A stretch of 64,000 nucleotides of DNA from Podarcis melisellensis. Its lineage: Eukaryota. The DNA lies in the NCBI GenBank assembly GCA_964234715.1, contig OZ174281.1. One strand, written 5' to 3'. This document shows, piece by piece, positions 1 to 12,685 of the stretch. The position numbers and the translations under genes were made by a program. Position 1 is the stretch's first letter. Every line of letters starts with the position of its first letter. The notes under the pieces are model-generated. The model ran no database searches and had not been told where the DNA came from. It was given only the letters and a program-made list of their open reading frames with translations.

Positions 1-1309
1 ATAAAACACAATGGCAAATATCATTTTTGCAACCTGTTTCTCCCCAAACAAATGCTCTGTAGAAGAAAAGAACCGCTGAAGCCTTTTAATGAACTGTTTG
101 AACAAACAATGGCTGGGGCCCAGGTGCTTGATCTAACGGGGATGCAAACTCACCAGGCAGCCTTTGCTGGGTGTTTGTTTCCTCTTGCAATTTGTACAGC
201 TGCAGAGGGAGCAAGGGAGAAACAGGCTCCATCAGGAAGCCCTGGCTGTGGGGTGGAGGAATGCTACTGTATGTAGCATCTGGGCCAGAGGTACGGCATC
301 CAAAGCAGCTGCTCAAAAATCCAAATGGTCCCACAAACTTTAAAAGGTTGGTGACCCTCAACCTGTTCATTTCAATGGGATTTCTACTGACTAGGTTCTT
401 AAAGGACACAGGGCACAGTTCACACACATTTGTGTAAAATCTCTGTGTGCTATTATCTATGCATTGATGACTCTGGGAAATTTTGCCAGCGGATGCTGAG
501 GTCTCACCGTGCCCATCTGTCCAATAAGCAAAGTCCAGAAGAATTAAATGGAGGAAGGAACAGGTCTGCTTCAGAAGACCAAGGGCTCAGGCCCCATAAG
601 CCAACGCTTAACAATTCCCCAGCTATCAGTGCAGAAAGAATGGGGCTGGTTTGCTCTGTTTCATATCATGAGCATTGTTTTTATTTTGTAAAGTGTTGGA
701 ACAAGTTTATAAGTTGAAATAAAATATAAGTGTCAGCAACAGGCCTCTTCATTTTTCTTTTCTCCCTCCCTCTTTTCTCTTCTTGTCAGTAGTACTTCAA
801 AAGAATGTAAGATCTGGTGCTCTGAAACATTCTCTTGTATGTGTGTTTTATGGATTTTCCACTCTCTGATACTTCTCAGCTGAGATCAGGCCACCTAATA
901 GGTTTTGGGAATTGACAGCATTCTGATGCAAGAAACAGACAGAATAAAGTTCAAAGGAGAAAATATGCTTCTTTGCTGCTTATTCATGTGTTTTTAAAAA
1001 TAGGATGTCTGCATTGTATAGCATCAGCAGGAATAGGATGACCCCGCCTGCTTAATGAATCAGAATGGTGCAAGGTCTTTTTGGATGAAGTAGGGGAAAG
1101 AAGGCTACTTTTTGGCATTGAAAATATGCATTAGAATACCAGGACCACACACACTCTCTTCAAATCAATCAGTAATCAGAACATGGACACCTCCTGCTTG
1201 CATCCCATTCTGGCACTCAGAAGCAAGGCATGCCTTTCTCTATATATGTTTAAGAGAGTCATGGAATCGTGATTTGGCTTTAGGTGAGATTTGGTTTTCA
1301 GGCAGTAGT

Positions 1310-2050
1310 GGCTACTCCACTGCAGATGTGCCTGGAGGAAGCAGATTATCTAGATCCTGTTTCTGGTTTCAGGCCCTGGAACAGTTTTAACCCTAGAACA
1401 GGCTTGGTCGCCCTGACTGGTCACCTTTACTGGGAGAGAAACAGGAGGAATGTCACGCTGTTGGTTCTCCGGAATGTCTCAGCAGCTTTTGATACCATTG
1501 ACCATGGCGTCTTTCTGGAACAACTGAGAATTGGAGGAACTGTATTGTAGTGGTTCCACTTCTACCTGCAGGATGGCTACCACAAAGTAGCCCTAGGGAA
1601 TGGTTGCTAAGCCCCATGGCTTTGGGGCTGTGAAGTCCTGAAGGGGTCTGTTCTGTCTCCCAAGCTATTCAACTTCTATATGAAACTATTGGGAACTGTC
1701 ATCTGGGCATGTAGAGCACAATGCCAGTATATTGATGACGCACAACTCTATCTCTCCATTCCATCTGAATCATGAGAGGCCATGAATATGTTGGACTGGA
1801 TGGAAGCAGTCAACAAACTGACACCAAAAAGATGGAGGAGGCACTGTAAGTGCTGGTGTTGTATCTGGAAAGTAGGTGGGTTACCTGCTCTGGAAGAAGT
1901 TGTGCTACCCCTGCCACTGGAGTCCTAAGTGGCTTCTGTGGCTAGAAGTGTTTATGCCCAGCTTAGGCTATTTTGCCAGCCATGACCACCCCCGGAATGG
2001 GATAGACTGGCCTCAGTAGCCCATACTCCAGTGAGTCTGGTGAGAGGGTC
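1310..2050 (+). mobile_element. Degenerate L2-clade LINE reverse transcriptase fragment
   Basis: Translation TGLVALT...VTLLVLRNVSAAFDTIDHG resembles the L2 RT motif LLDLSAAFDTIDH; downstream YIDDAQLY resembles YADDTQLY. Contains stops and frameshifts. Confidence 0.8.
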
Positions 2051-2920
2051 TGCCCAATGGGCCATGTAGGCTTTCCTTATGTCCTTACATTCTAGACTGG
2101 GGCAACAGTTCAGAAGTTGATCATACTGTAGATATTGGAATAGTTAGCAGCACCAGCCTACACACAAGTGTATACATTCTTCCCCTGATGTTGGCTGGAT
2201 ACAAAGGGCACAATTGTGCACTGAGCCTCTGTATGGGAATGTGCAGATTCTGTTCAGCCCTTCAAGTTTGTTTTGAGTGGCTAAGTTAAGCATCCTTTCA
2301 TGGGTGGGTAGGAAAAGCCTGAGGCTACAGATTATCATGATGTTTTCTAATTGGGACCAAGTTAAAATAGATCTAAATCCCTAGCGCAGACAAAATATGC
2401 TCTCATACTTAGTGTCGGATAATAATTATGGTTTCTCATAAAAGCTGCTAATGACAGCTTGCTGTTTTGTGACCCAAGGGAGCATCTACTTTGAGTTGTT
2501 TCATGCACACTGCCTAAACAGCTCCAAAGAGACCACCACAATGTTGGGCTGTCTCCTGGCACAGGGAAGTTCTTTTGCTCCATCTGCCTACTAGCATTAA
2601 AAAAGATAGAGGAAAGCATGCAATACGAATGGACAGCCTCCCACCTGCTTTCGGCCATCCTTTCTCCCTCTCAACTTCTTCCTCTAGTAATGTTTCTCAC
2701 TTCCTTCAAATCCTTCTTTGGGACAAGTTGTGTGTTACTGGGATAATGCATCACCAATTTCTGCCCTGGCATGGCTGGATGGCTCTCAGTTCAGTTTGGT
2801 AATGTCTTTAGGAATGAATGGTGTCAATTAGCAACTGATTTGAATGCTGCTCAATCCAAACATGTCATTCCACTTAAGGCTTGGCAACAGTGAGATCAAA
2901 GCATGTCATCACTTATTTAA

Positions 2921-3310
2921 GGGAGTGGGTGGCTCTGTGGTCTAAACCACTGAGCCTCTTGGGCTTTCTGATTGGAAGGTTGGCGGTTCGAATCTGCACG
3001 ACGGGGTGAGCTCCCGTTGCTCTGTTCCAGCTTCTGTCAACCTAGCAGTTCGAAAGCACACCAGTGCAAGTAGATAAATAGATACCACTGTGGCAGGAAG
3101 GTAAACGGCGTTTCCATGCACTCTGGCTTCCGTCACAGTGTTCCGTTGCACCAGAAGTGATTTAGTCATGCTGGCCACATGACCCGGAAAGCTATCTGTG
3201 GACAAACACTGGCTTCCTCAGCCTGAAAGGCGAGATGAGCTCCGTACCCCATAGTCACCTTTGACCGGACTTAACCATCCAGAGGTCTTTTACCTTTACC
3301 TTTGCCTATT
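2921..3310 (+). mobile_element. Sauria (Squam1) SINE
   Basis: tRNA-like head with ggttcgaat B box, conserved body aacctagcagttcgaaagcac...gcaagtagataaata, (TTTACC)n tail. TSD acttatttaa at 2911-2920 and 3311-3320. Confidence 0.9.
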
Positions 3311-3845
3311 ACTTATTTAATAGTATATGCTGCCATCTGATAAAATATCAGGGTGTGATCAATGATAAAGCACCGTTAAAAACAATACAAATAATAATTT
3401 TAGTGTTTATTTCACCCAGTCTATGTGTCTCCTTTCTCCAGACGCTACAGGAGCCCCTAAAAAGTGGTTTCCATGTGTTTCCGGTATCATATTTCTCAGC
3501 TTTCTCCACTTCCCCAAGAAATCAAATGTCTAGGGGCATTGCTACAGTGTTTCACTTCCTTAGGTTGGGAGTGAAATGGAGATGTCATATCTTTTAAATA
3601 TCTGTTTTATGAGCATATAAGCAGAACAAAGTGATCTTCTGCAGCAGGCAGCAAAAAACACTGAGCCTGAGTCAGATCCCCTTCCACAAATCTCTGGCTT
3701 CCAGGCCAATTAAACTCCTTTCTTTATCTCTCTCTCTTTCCCTTCCTCCCTCCCTCTCCCCTCCCTCCCTTCCTCTCTTTGCCCAAATTTTAAGAATAAT
3801 CCGGCTACAGCTGGCATCCAGTGGTGAAGCTGCATGCTCCGGCAC

Positions 3846-4069
3846 CAGGGGCGGAGAGCAGGCAGGGGCGTGGCTGCTGCGCATCCCGGGGGCATGGCAC
3901 ACCGCCCACGGGGGCGTGGTGTGCACCCCGGAGGTGTGGCATGCCACCCACAGGGGTGTGGCGCACGGTGGGGGGGGGGTGCGTGGCACATGTCCACGGG
4001 CTGCCGCGATGGTACCCCCCTCCCTGATGGTGCCAGGGGCGGTGCGTTCCCCCCGCTCCTCCGTTCCTG
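3846..4069. mobile_element. GC-rich MITE-like element with internal tandem repeats
   Basis: caggggcggag...ctccgttcctg ends; repeated ggggYRtggcRcRc units. It explains the stack of overlapping spurious ORFs here. Confidence 0.65.
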
Positions 4070-4307
4070 ACATGAAATAGCATTTCATATTTGGCTGACG
4101 ACAGCCTCTGTGAATTTTTGTTTATTACCACCTGTCAAAATTTAGATATGCAAGACATGCTAATAAACCTAAAGTGTTTGAATTCCTAAATTCCAACTAC
4201 TTGTAGCAGCTGAATTCACAATGCTGAGCCAGTATATTTCACATTCCACCATTTTGCAAAAGGTGATTTCAGCTCTGTCCTGGAGGAAGTGGCCCATCCC
4301 TGGAGTA

Positions 4308-4445
4308 CAGGTGTGTGAAAGCTTTGGCCCATCAAGTATAACTGAACTACAACTCCCACCAGCCCCAGCCAGCATGACCAATGGCTAGGGATGACAGAAG
4401 TTGTAGTTCAGCAGGGTCTGGAAGTCCCAAGGTTGCCCATACCTG
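4308..4445. mobile_element. Palindromic hAT MITE
   Basis: cagg...cctg ends; TSD ctggagta/ctgtagta; aactacaactccca core. Confidence 0.8.
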
Positions 4446-4584
4446 CTGTAGTATTTATTAACGAATGTAAATGTGTTGCAGATTTCCAATGCTTCTCCAG
4501 TGCCTGGTTCAAGTGTTCATGAAACACATGGCCTCTGCCCCAGAAGCCATTTCCCTATGTTAGAGATGCGTAGGGTTGCCAACA

Positions 4585-4585
<1 letters not shown>

Positions 4586-4643
<58 letters not shown>
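4586..4643. repeat. (AAT)n microsatellite
   Basis: About 19 perfect units. Confidence 0.97.
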
Positions 4644-5529
4644 TTATTGTTATTATTTCTATATCCCGCCCATCTGTTTTAGGACCAGCTTTTTCTGGGT
4701 GTAGTCATATAGCACAATCACTCTACGTAAAATAAGGTTGTAGGAACTAAATTTATGACTGCAATATCACATGCTTTCCCTGCCTTTCTGTTGATTTATT
4801 TTCAACTCTATCATTCCAGGAAGCTGTGTGGTGCAATAACCCCTATGTCTGTGGGTGGGGAACCCATAAAATAATTCACCACTACCGTATTTCCATTCTC
4901 GAATGGGTGGAGGGTGTTACTATAAATAGGTGGGGGAAAGCAACTTCTCTTATTTCTCACGTCTGTAGGTTTTATTGTCAAGCGATGAGGGAAAAACAAT
5001 GATGGATGTGGAGGACTTTCCTGTGAATAAAATGGAGAGAAAGACGGGGAGAAAGACAAATATAGAGAGAGATTGAACTCTTGAATTAAAACCATGTGAT
5101 TTCGGCCTTACTTGAATCCACCATTATGGGAAAGCGTTCCAGGCCTATGTGACAGCAAATATATTCAAGAGGGAGCCTTTTAATCCCCTGAAAATATTTG
5201 CTCCAACTGCTATGATGGCCTTGGAAAGGCTGCAATGGAAGCATCTCCTATGGCATGGGAGACTGTGATGGGGAATGAATAGAGTGTGCATGTATGCCCC
5301 ACCCACTGCTGGCTCTAGCCACGCCCACTGGCATGTGACTCCTGCCTGCCCTTCCATCACTGCATGTGACCCTCGGGGGGGGGGCGAATTGTTGCTCACC
5401 CCCTCCTATCCAATTCTTCTGATCCCCTGTGGTTTCTCCCACAAATAAACCCTACAGAGTGGGTGGTGACTGTAGTTCAGACTTCGCCACAAGCATCATC
5501 AACATTACAAAGAGATAAAAGAACTTTAT

Positions 5530-5820
5530 TATTACTATTACTATTATTTATTAAATTTGTATACCACCCTTCATCCATAGATGTTAGGGTGGTTCACAAC
5601 ATAAAATTACTATATAAAACCCACAAAATGCATAGTACCATTAAGAACAACAAACCAATAATCCCCCCTCCCACAACACATTTAAAAGGGAATCAGATGA
5701 TAATCAGCCAAAGGTCTAGCTGAAGAGGAACATTTTTGTCTGGCACCTAAAGGCGCCAGGTGAACCTCCCTGGGGAAAGCATTGCACAAACGGGGGGCCA
5801 CTGCAGAAAAGGCCTGCTCT
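5530..5820 (-). mobile_element. L2-like LINE 3' end, resuming after 7032
   Basis: (TTA)n tail, then the typical ...cctccctggggaaagcattgcacaaacggggggccactgcagaaaaggcc; continues gttgccaccctccagacctc after the MITE. Confidence 0.65.
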
Positions 5821-6065
5821 CATGCCCTCCAACATTTCACCGATGAAAATAGAGACGTCCCATTCCATAATGATAATTTTACTATTTATACCACACACAC
5901 CTAATAGGTTGCCCCAGTATTCTGGGCAGCTTCCAAAGTATATAAAAACATAATAAAGCATTAAACATTTAAAAAACTGGTTTGCCTTCAGACTGCGCGG
6001 GGGTTGGATAACTCCATACCCTCCAACATTTCTCAAATGAAAATAGGGACATTCTAAGGAAATGC

Positions 6066-6423
6066 AGGTGGCGCTGTGGGTTAAAGCCTCAGTGCCTAGG
6101 ACTTGCCGATCGAAAGGTCGGCGGTTCGAATCCCTGTGGCGGGGTGCGCTCCCGCTGCTCGGTCCCAGCGCCTGCCAACCTAGCAGTTCGAAAGTACCTC
6201 CGGGTGCAAGTAGATAAATAGGGACCGCTTACCAGCGGGAAGGTAAACAGCGTTTCCGTGTGCGGCTCTGGCTTGCCAGATGCAGCTTTGTCACGCTGGC
6301 CACGTGACCCGGAAGTGTCTCCGGACAGCGCTGGCCCCTGGCCTCTTAAGTGAGATGGGCGCACAACCCAAGAGTCTGTCAAGACTGGCCCGTACGGGCA
6401 GGGGTGCCTTTACCTTTACCTTT
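6066..6423 (+). mobile_element. Sauria SINE
   Basis: Same head, body and tail; flanked by taaggaaatgc on both sides. Confidence 0.92.
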
Positions 6424-6439
6424 TAAGGAAATGCATCTT

Positions 6440-6936
6440 AAGACAGCATCTTAAAAAGCAGAGACATCACCTTGTCAACAAAGGTCCGTATAGTGAAAGC
6501 TATGGTTTTCCTAGTAGTGATATATGGAAGTGAGATCTGGACCATAAAGAAGGCTGATCGCCGAAGAATTGATGCTTTTGAATTATGGTGCTGGAGGAGA
6601 CTCTTGAGAGTCCCATGGACTGCAAGAAGATCAAACCTATCCATTCTTAAGGAAATCAGCCCTGAATGCTCACTGGAAGGACAGATCGTGAAGCTGAGGT
6701 GCCAATACTTTGGCCACCTCATGAGAAAAGAAGACTCCCTGGAAAAGACCCTGATGTTGGGAAAGATGGAGGGCACAAGGAGAAGGGGACGACAGAGGAT
6801 GAGATGGTTGGATAGTGCTCTTGAAGCTACCAGCATGAGTTTGAGCAAACTGTGGAAGGCAGTGGAAGACAGGAGTGCCTGGCGTGCTCTGGTCTATGGG
6901 GTCACGAAGAGTCCGACACGACTAAACAACAACAAC
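6440..6936 (+). mobile_element. 5'-truncated RTE-BovB LINE (3' end)
   Basis: ORF 6472-6990 (KKADRRRIDAFELWCWRRLLRVPWTARRSNLSILKEISPECSLEG...) is the BovB C-terminus; (AAC)n tail; TSD aaggaaatgc. Confidence 0.93.
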
Positions 6937-8405
6937 AAGGAAATGCGGGGCATTCTGGGATCAAATCAGAAACTGGGATGGCTTCTGTAAATTAGGGATG
7001 TCCCTGAAAAATAGGGACGCTTGGAGGGTCTGTATTCTTTGTTGCCACCCTCCAGACCTCTCAATGAGGAGCCACATGAGAAAGGGGTTCAGAGAATGAT
7101 CTCAGGGTCTGCATAGGTTCACTTTTCTGCTCTGTAATATAAGGAGGGGCATTCTAAAATCCCTAGCGGGTTTCCTGTATTCTTTTGCTGAATCCTAGAT
7201 CAATATTCTTTTCTATGGTGTTTGAAACAAGAATATCAGAACTAAGCAGCCAAGCCTCAGCAGAGAGTCAGAATGGTGTGACCGTGTTTGAGCACCAGAA
7301 AGGTCATGCTTTCATAGCATCGGTCACTTCCTTTCACAGTACAATATGATTGTGAATGTGGAGGAAAATGTTTATTATCCTGTTGTATATTCCCACCTCT
7401 TCCTCCCTCTTTTTCTCTTTGTGTGCTTTTTGAATATAGCATAAAGTAGCAAGGTAGAAAAGCCATAGATTAAAAAAAAGAGAGAGGAAGGGATCTGTTT
7501 CCTGCATTGTTAACTTTGAACTATGTGTCTGCTTCATAGAATGAATGTGCATTTCAGAAGCCCTGGGAAAAGGTCAGCAGATACTTCAGGGCTTGAAATG
7601 CTTATTTGCACTGAATCACTTTTTGCCGTATGTCGCTGCCTTTCACTGAAGGGAGAGACAGGAAACTGTCTATGTAGAAGATAAGAAAGTGGGAATAGGA
7701 TGGAGCAGGTTACAGAGATTTTAGGGTGCAGAGATTTCTGGAGCTTAAATATTACAGAATGTATTGAGGAAATATTTATAAGCAGGCTAGGAAGGTCAGA
7801 AGGTTAGAGTGAAGCTGCAATTTTATACACAGTCAATGGGAAGCAAGTTCCATTGCATTCTGTGCGACTACCTTTTGAAGTGAACAGGGATAGGATTGCA
7901 CTGTTTATTTAGAACTTAAAACAATCCACTAAAACACACTAAGCACCATTTTAAAAAAGTTATCACCTACCACATCTAATGAGGCTAAGGAAGGCCTGAG
8001 TAGAAATTTACAACATACATTGAAAAGAACTACGGTATACACAAATAAAGACACTCGTGGGTCTGAAATAGACCTCATAATCATTCATTTTGGATTTAAG
8101 AACATTGAAAAAATATATTACATCAATTGTAGGATGTATATTTAATGAAATTTTGAATAGTATTATTCCATAGTATTAAGTACACATAGAATGTAAACAT
8201 GACAAATGCATAAATATAAAGAAAATATAGAGAAACCAGAAGTATTAAGGTTAAAAGGAATAAGGTATGTATTATGTATTATGATGGTGAGATTTGTAAA
8301 ATCTGTAAAACCAATAAAGATAATTAAAAAAATAAGGCCTGCCTGAGTAAGCAGGTACGTTTTTAAAAATTGATGACATATCAGTTCTGTCAGCACCTAC
8401 TGGTA

Positions 8406-8583
8406 CCAGAAATAGTACCTCAGGTTAAGAACTTTGCTTCAGGATGAGAACAGAAATCGTGCTCCAGCGGTGCAGCGGCAGCAGGAGGCCCCATTAGCTA
8501 AAGTGGTGCTTCAGGTTAAGAACAGTTTCAGGTTAAGAACAGACCTCCAGAACGAATTAAGTACTTAACCCGAGGTACCACTG
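8406..8583 (-). mobile_element. Partial Tigger/pogo-type MITE
   Basis: One TIR (...acccgaggtaccactg TA) and a body shared with 42097-42338. Confidence 0.85.
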
Positions 8584-9534
8584 TAGTTGGTCAAGGGAGC
8601 CATGGACTCAAAAAAGTTGAAAACTTCTGATTTACTGAAACAGTTTGGTGAAGCTGTTATGATAAACAGTACCACTAGATTCCATGATTGCCTTCCATTG
8701 GGGCAGTTCCCAAGGGACTCTGCCATTAGAGAAGGAGAATACAAAGTCTGCAGTGGTATCATTGTCAAACAAGAAAGCTAAATGAGGTCAGCCAATGAAG
8801 CAGCAACAGGGATCTTTTGGAGGATGAGTGATCATCACTAACCATATGAATGGGAAGCAGAGAGAAAAAGACAAGCCTGACCTTTCTGTTAGCCCCTGAA
8901 GCAGCCATACACACAAAAAAGCATGGTCACCAAAGGAGAAAAAATTCAGACACCACTGTAACTCCAAAGTCATTAAACACAAACACAAAACAAAAGTGCT
9001 TATAAGTATCTCTTCTCTACCAAATGGAGAGTAAAGCAAAGATTTACTCAGGGCTGGTCCAAGACATTTTCCAGCCTGAAGTGAAGAAAAAGATGGTGCC
9101 TCCCCTCCCCCTCTCATGTAGAAAAGTCTGCCAGGATACAGTTGAATTTTGCTTTGACACTGACAATGAGATGGTGTCCTCCACCTAGCTTAGGAGGCAC
9201 AGGCCAGGTGCGTGGCACACACAGCTCCATCAGCTCCTTGCGCTTGAGTATCTGCTGCTTGAGACAGCTGCTTCACCCTGCCTCATGGTAGGACTGGCCC
9301 CAGATGCACCTTCCCCTCAGGGAGTTTTGGAATCTGAAAGATGTCCTAAATGACATTGCTGTTGCTGTGAAAATGGACCAATCACATGGAAATAATAGGT
9401 GACATCCCTGAGTGGTCTCTATCTGTTGGCACACAACTGTGTTATTGTCATACCATATTAAGTTAAATTTGCAACTCTTGAACCTTCACATATGGCACAC
9501 CTTTATCTGCCTTCCAGGGCAGACTCAAAGAAAC

Positions 9535-9645
9535 AGGGATAGATCACTCAGTTGGGAGAACATGAGACTCTTAATCTCAAGGTTGTGGGTTCAAGCCCCA
9601 CATTGGGCAAAATATTCCTGCAACTCTACAATTCTATGATTCTAA
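9535..9645 (+). mobile_element. tRNA-Lys-derived SINE with a CR1-type tail
   Basis: gagactcttaatctcaaggttgtgggttcaagccccacattgggc (tRNA-Lys-CTT 3' half) plus an attctatgattcta tail. Other copies at ~19320-19420 and ~38180-38300. Confidence 0.75.
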
Positions 9646-9851
9646 CAAAAATAAAGGTTTATAACATTTCTGTGATTCTGACCCAAAAGCACAAGTAGCA
9701 ATCAAATACTCATATCAGAGTTAACTGCACTTTTTCAACTTTTGTAACTTCTTTCCTTTTCTCTCTGCTTATTTACTAAATCTTCAGCAGCTTGCATGTA
9801 TTCTTGGTTGAAGAAATTTGGGATACAGGTTGCAAGTGATATTTTCAGGTA

Positions 9852-10477
9852 TAGTAATCCCTCATTTTTCCGGGGGTGGTAGCTCCAAGGGTTATGCATA
9901 TACATGGAAATTGTGTATAGTCAGACCCTTGGAGCCGTCCCACAGGTAGCAGGTGAGTGCCAAAAGCTTAAAACAGGTATAGGCAAACCCGGCCCTCCAG
10001 ATGTTTTGGACTACAATTCCCATCATCCTTGACCACTGGGCCTGTTATCTAGGGATGATGGGAGTTGAAGTCCCATAGCATCTGGAGGGCCAGGTTTGAC
10101 CATGCCTGGCTTAAAAGCTCTTTTCATGCTGGGTCCACTTGGCTTGCCTTCTGGGCAAGGCTTGCTCACTGCATTGGCTCTGGAAGGCTAGGGGTGATTG
10201 CACAGGATCTCACAGGAGCTTGGATTGTTCCATTATGAGATCTCACAAGAGTATCCCAGAGCCTTCCAGAGCTGGTGCTTGCCCGGCAAGCAAGTGGGAG
10301 ATCTTGAAAGTTCTTTTCACACTGAGTAACCCCAAGAGGACTCTGCACAAAAAGAGCTTTTCAGCTCTCCTCTCCACCTTGCTTGGGATTTGACTTGAGC
10401 AATTTCAGCCAGCTCACCTTAAACTGCATGTGGTTGGAATCATGCAAGTCAAATGTGCTTAAGATGAGGGATTACTG
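9852..10477. mobile_element. Older Tc1/mariner-type non-autonomous element
   Basis: TA|(t)agtaatccctcat...atgagggattactg|TA terminal inverted repeats. Confidence 0.65.
9974..10108. mobile_element. Palindromic hAT MITE nested in the element above
   Basis: Perfect 8-bp TSD gcttaaaa; internal ggactacaattcccatcatcc/ggatgatgggagttg inverted repeat. Confidence 0.9.
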
Positions 10478-12061
10478 TACGGTGAATATTTGCAGTGGAT
10501 ATTTTCTCAGTCAATCTCCTTACAGTGTAAGGCTTACATTAGGCGTAATAACCTAATCTGGATCAGGAGAACAGTGCTAGATCAGGGCCTTGTGGCTGCT
10601 TTTTCTTCAAAATAATAGTGATAGTGATAGTTACCACTCTTTTAAAAGTGTGATTAATGTAACATGTAGTTTGGAACTGAGGATTCTCTATTCAAACCAG
10701 AGCCGGGCCTTCCAGAGAGAATGTGGAATGTGGAGTGGACAAGGCTCTGTGTGCTATATGACCAGCCTGTCTCTGCACTCCCTAAGCTAGCCTGCTGCCC
10801 TCAGGTGCAGTGGAGGACACAACTCCATTGTCAGTATTGAAATAAGACTCAGTTGCTAGTCTGGTCAGCATTTGTATGTGGAATGTGAAGAAGTGCCACC
10901 TTGTCCTTTGCCTCAGGCAACAAAATGTCTTGAACTGCCCAGTGGTTGGTGGAGTCCAATGAGAGTGGTAGGGTGGAATGCAGGGAGACGAAACAGTAGA
11001 TGGAACCAGAGCCAATAACAGGCAGAGCCAACTAATTCTGGTTTTGTCACCATCCTCTGCCTGCTGAGTTCTACAAGGGCAACATCAAGACTAAGGAAGA
11101 GGACACTAGCAGACGGTGTTGCCCCTTGTCTGGTTGTAAGAAAGATAGTGGGCAGGTGGGGCTGGCTGAGGGCAGACCAAGGTTGGTGGGGCAGTGCCCT
11201 GTTCGCTCTAACGGACTACCTTCCAAGAAGAGTTCCCCAGCCCTTCTTGAAAAACTACAGTTCCCAGGGCTCCCTGTGGCCAAAGTGAACCTGTGGTATA
11301 GATCTATACCTTGTGGTTTTCAGTGATTTTATCCTAAAGGAAATATGCAGAAAGCAGACAGAGCTCCAAGGACAATTAGCTCCCATAGTAGCAGGGGCAG
11401 ATGGGAGTTGGAGTCCAACAATACTTGGAGGGCCCCCAGCTTGGGGAAAGCATGGAATTAAAAAAAATAACATTTGTCTGTGACTTTTAGAAAGCGAGAT
11501 GTGAATGAGTGAGAGACAGATGGTGACATCTTTAAGAGTAAGCTACGTTTCTGCTGTTGCCAATGCAGGAAGGGGGGGGGCCTTTTATGCACCATCTCCA
11601 GTGAATCTAGATGGTTGGAAATGTTTCAGTGATACTGAAGCTGCAACTTTGACCTGAGGCATTAAAAAAAAAACCAAAAACAGATGGAAACAACCTACAA
11701 TCTTCTCAGAAAGGCATATTCCAATTAATCCACAGTCATCACACATACAAATGTTTCTCAGAAAACTCCCCCCCCCCCAGTTTCTGATTCTATTTTGGGT
11801 TTCAGAAACGCTTTGGGGTTTCTTTTGTGCCTTTCCTCCCAAAGTCTGAACTCCTCCACTTTTTCATGCTGTCATTTTACAAAATGCTTAAATCCTTTCT
11901 GGGATGGAAAGCTAGAGTCTGGCTCCAGCAGATGTTTTGTTTCCAGATCCATTTAAAACACACACACACACACATACACCCCTACCTCTTTGGGATTCTG
12001 ATTTTAGCGACTTTTAATGGAATTGTTTCTGTGCTTCTTCCCCTTTGTGATGTCGGATTTT

Positions 12062-12063
<2 letters not shown>

Positions 12064-12130
<67 letters not shown>
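12064..12130. repeat. (TG)n microsatellite
   Basis: About 33 units with one interruption. Confidence 0.97.
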
Positions 12131-12133
<3 letters not shown>

Positions 12134-12548
12134 CTCTGTGTTACAATCAGTGATACATAATAGCAAGGCTGCCCCTTAAATATTTGCCTGCAAAAATGTG
12201 GCCTGTGCTTGAAAAAGTGGTTTGGCACCAAGCAGACATTTCTCAATATCCATTTACCAGATGGATCAACTTGTTCAATGCAACAGAAAAAGTTAGTAAA
12301 CTGTGTGGAATGCTCTTAAAATACATTGCATTGTTTACTAGATTCCTCGTTAACCGTATGTCTTATGGTATTTTATAATAAAGTATTCTTTAAAATATTT
12401 TTGTTTTAGTCTGTAATATTTCCTAACAATAACAAAAAGAGCTGCAAATGCATTTCTACAATATCACTATGGAAAAATGTGCTCAAGTGTTTCCATAAAT
12501 CAAATGTAGCACTTTGGCATTAGCTCTGAGGCAGTAAATTTAGAAAAT

Positions 12549-12685
12549 NNNNNNNNNNNNNNNNNNNNNNNNNNNNNNNNNNNNNNNNNNNNNNNNNNNN
12601 NNNNNNNNNNNNNNNNNNNNNNNNNNNNNNNNNNNNNNNNNNNNNNNNNNNNNNNNNNNNNNNNNNNNNNNNNNNNNNNNNNNNN
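12549..12685. other. Assembly gap (137 N)
   Basis: Run of N. Confidence 1.

Larger units (their letters stand above)
5821..7032 (+). mobile_element. Non-autonomous DNA transposon (TIR CAKRCCCTCCAA...TTGGAGGGTCTG) interrupted by a SINE and BovB
   Basis: Starts catgccctccaacatt, with a second start cataccctccaacatt at 6015, and ends ttggagggtctg at 7032. An uninterrupted short copy is at 17664-17801. Confidence 0.75.

Noticed and set aside
3631-4131. Six overlapping ORFs up to 149 aa
   Set aside because: Caused by a stop-poor GC-rich MITE and a CT-rich tract; no protein similarity.
9535-9610. tRNA-Lys-like sequences (also ~19320 and ~38180) as tRNA genes
   Set aside because: Degenerate 5' halves and attached CR1-type tails identify them as SINE copies.
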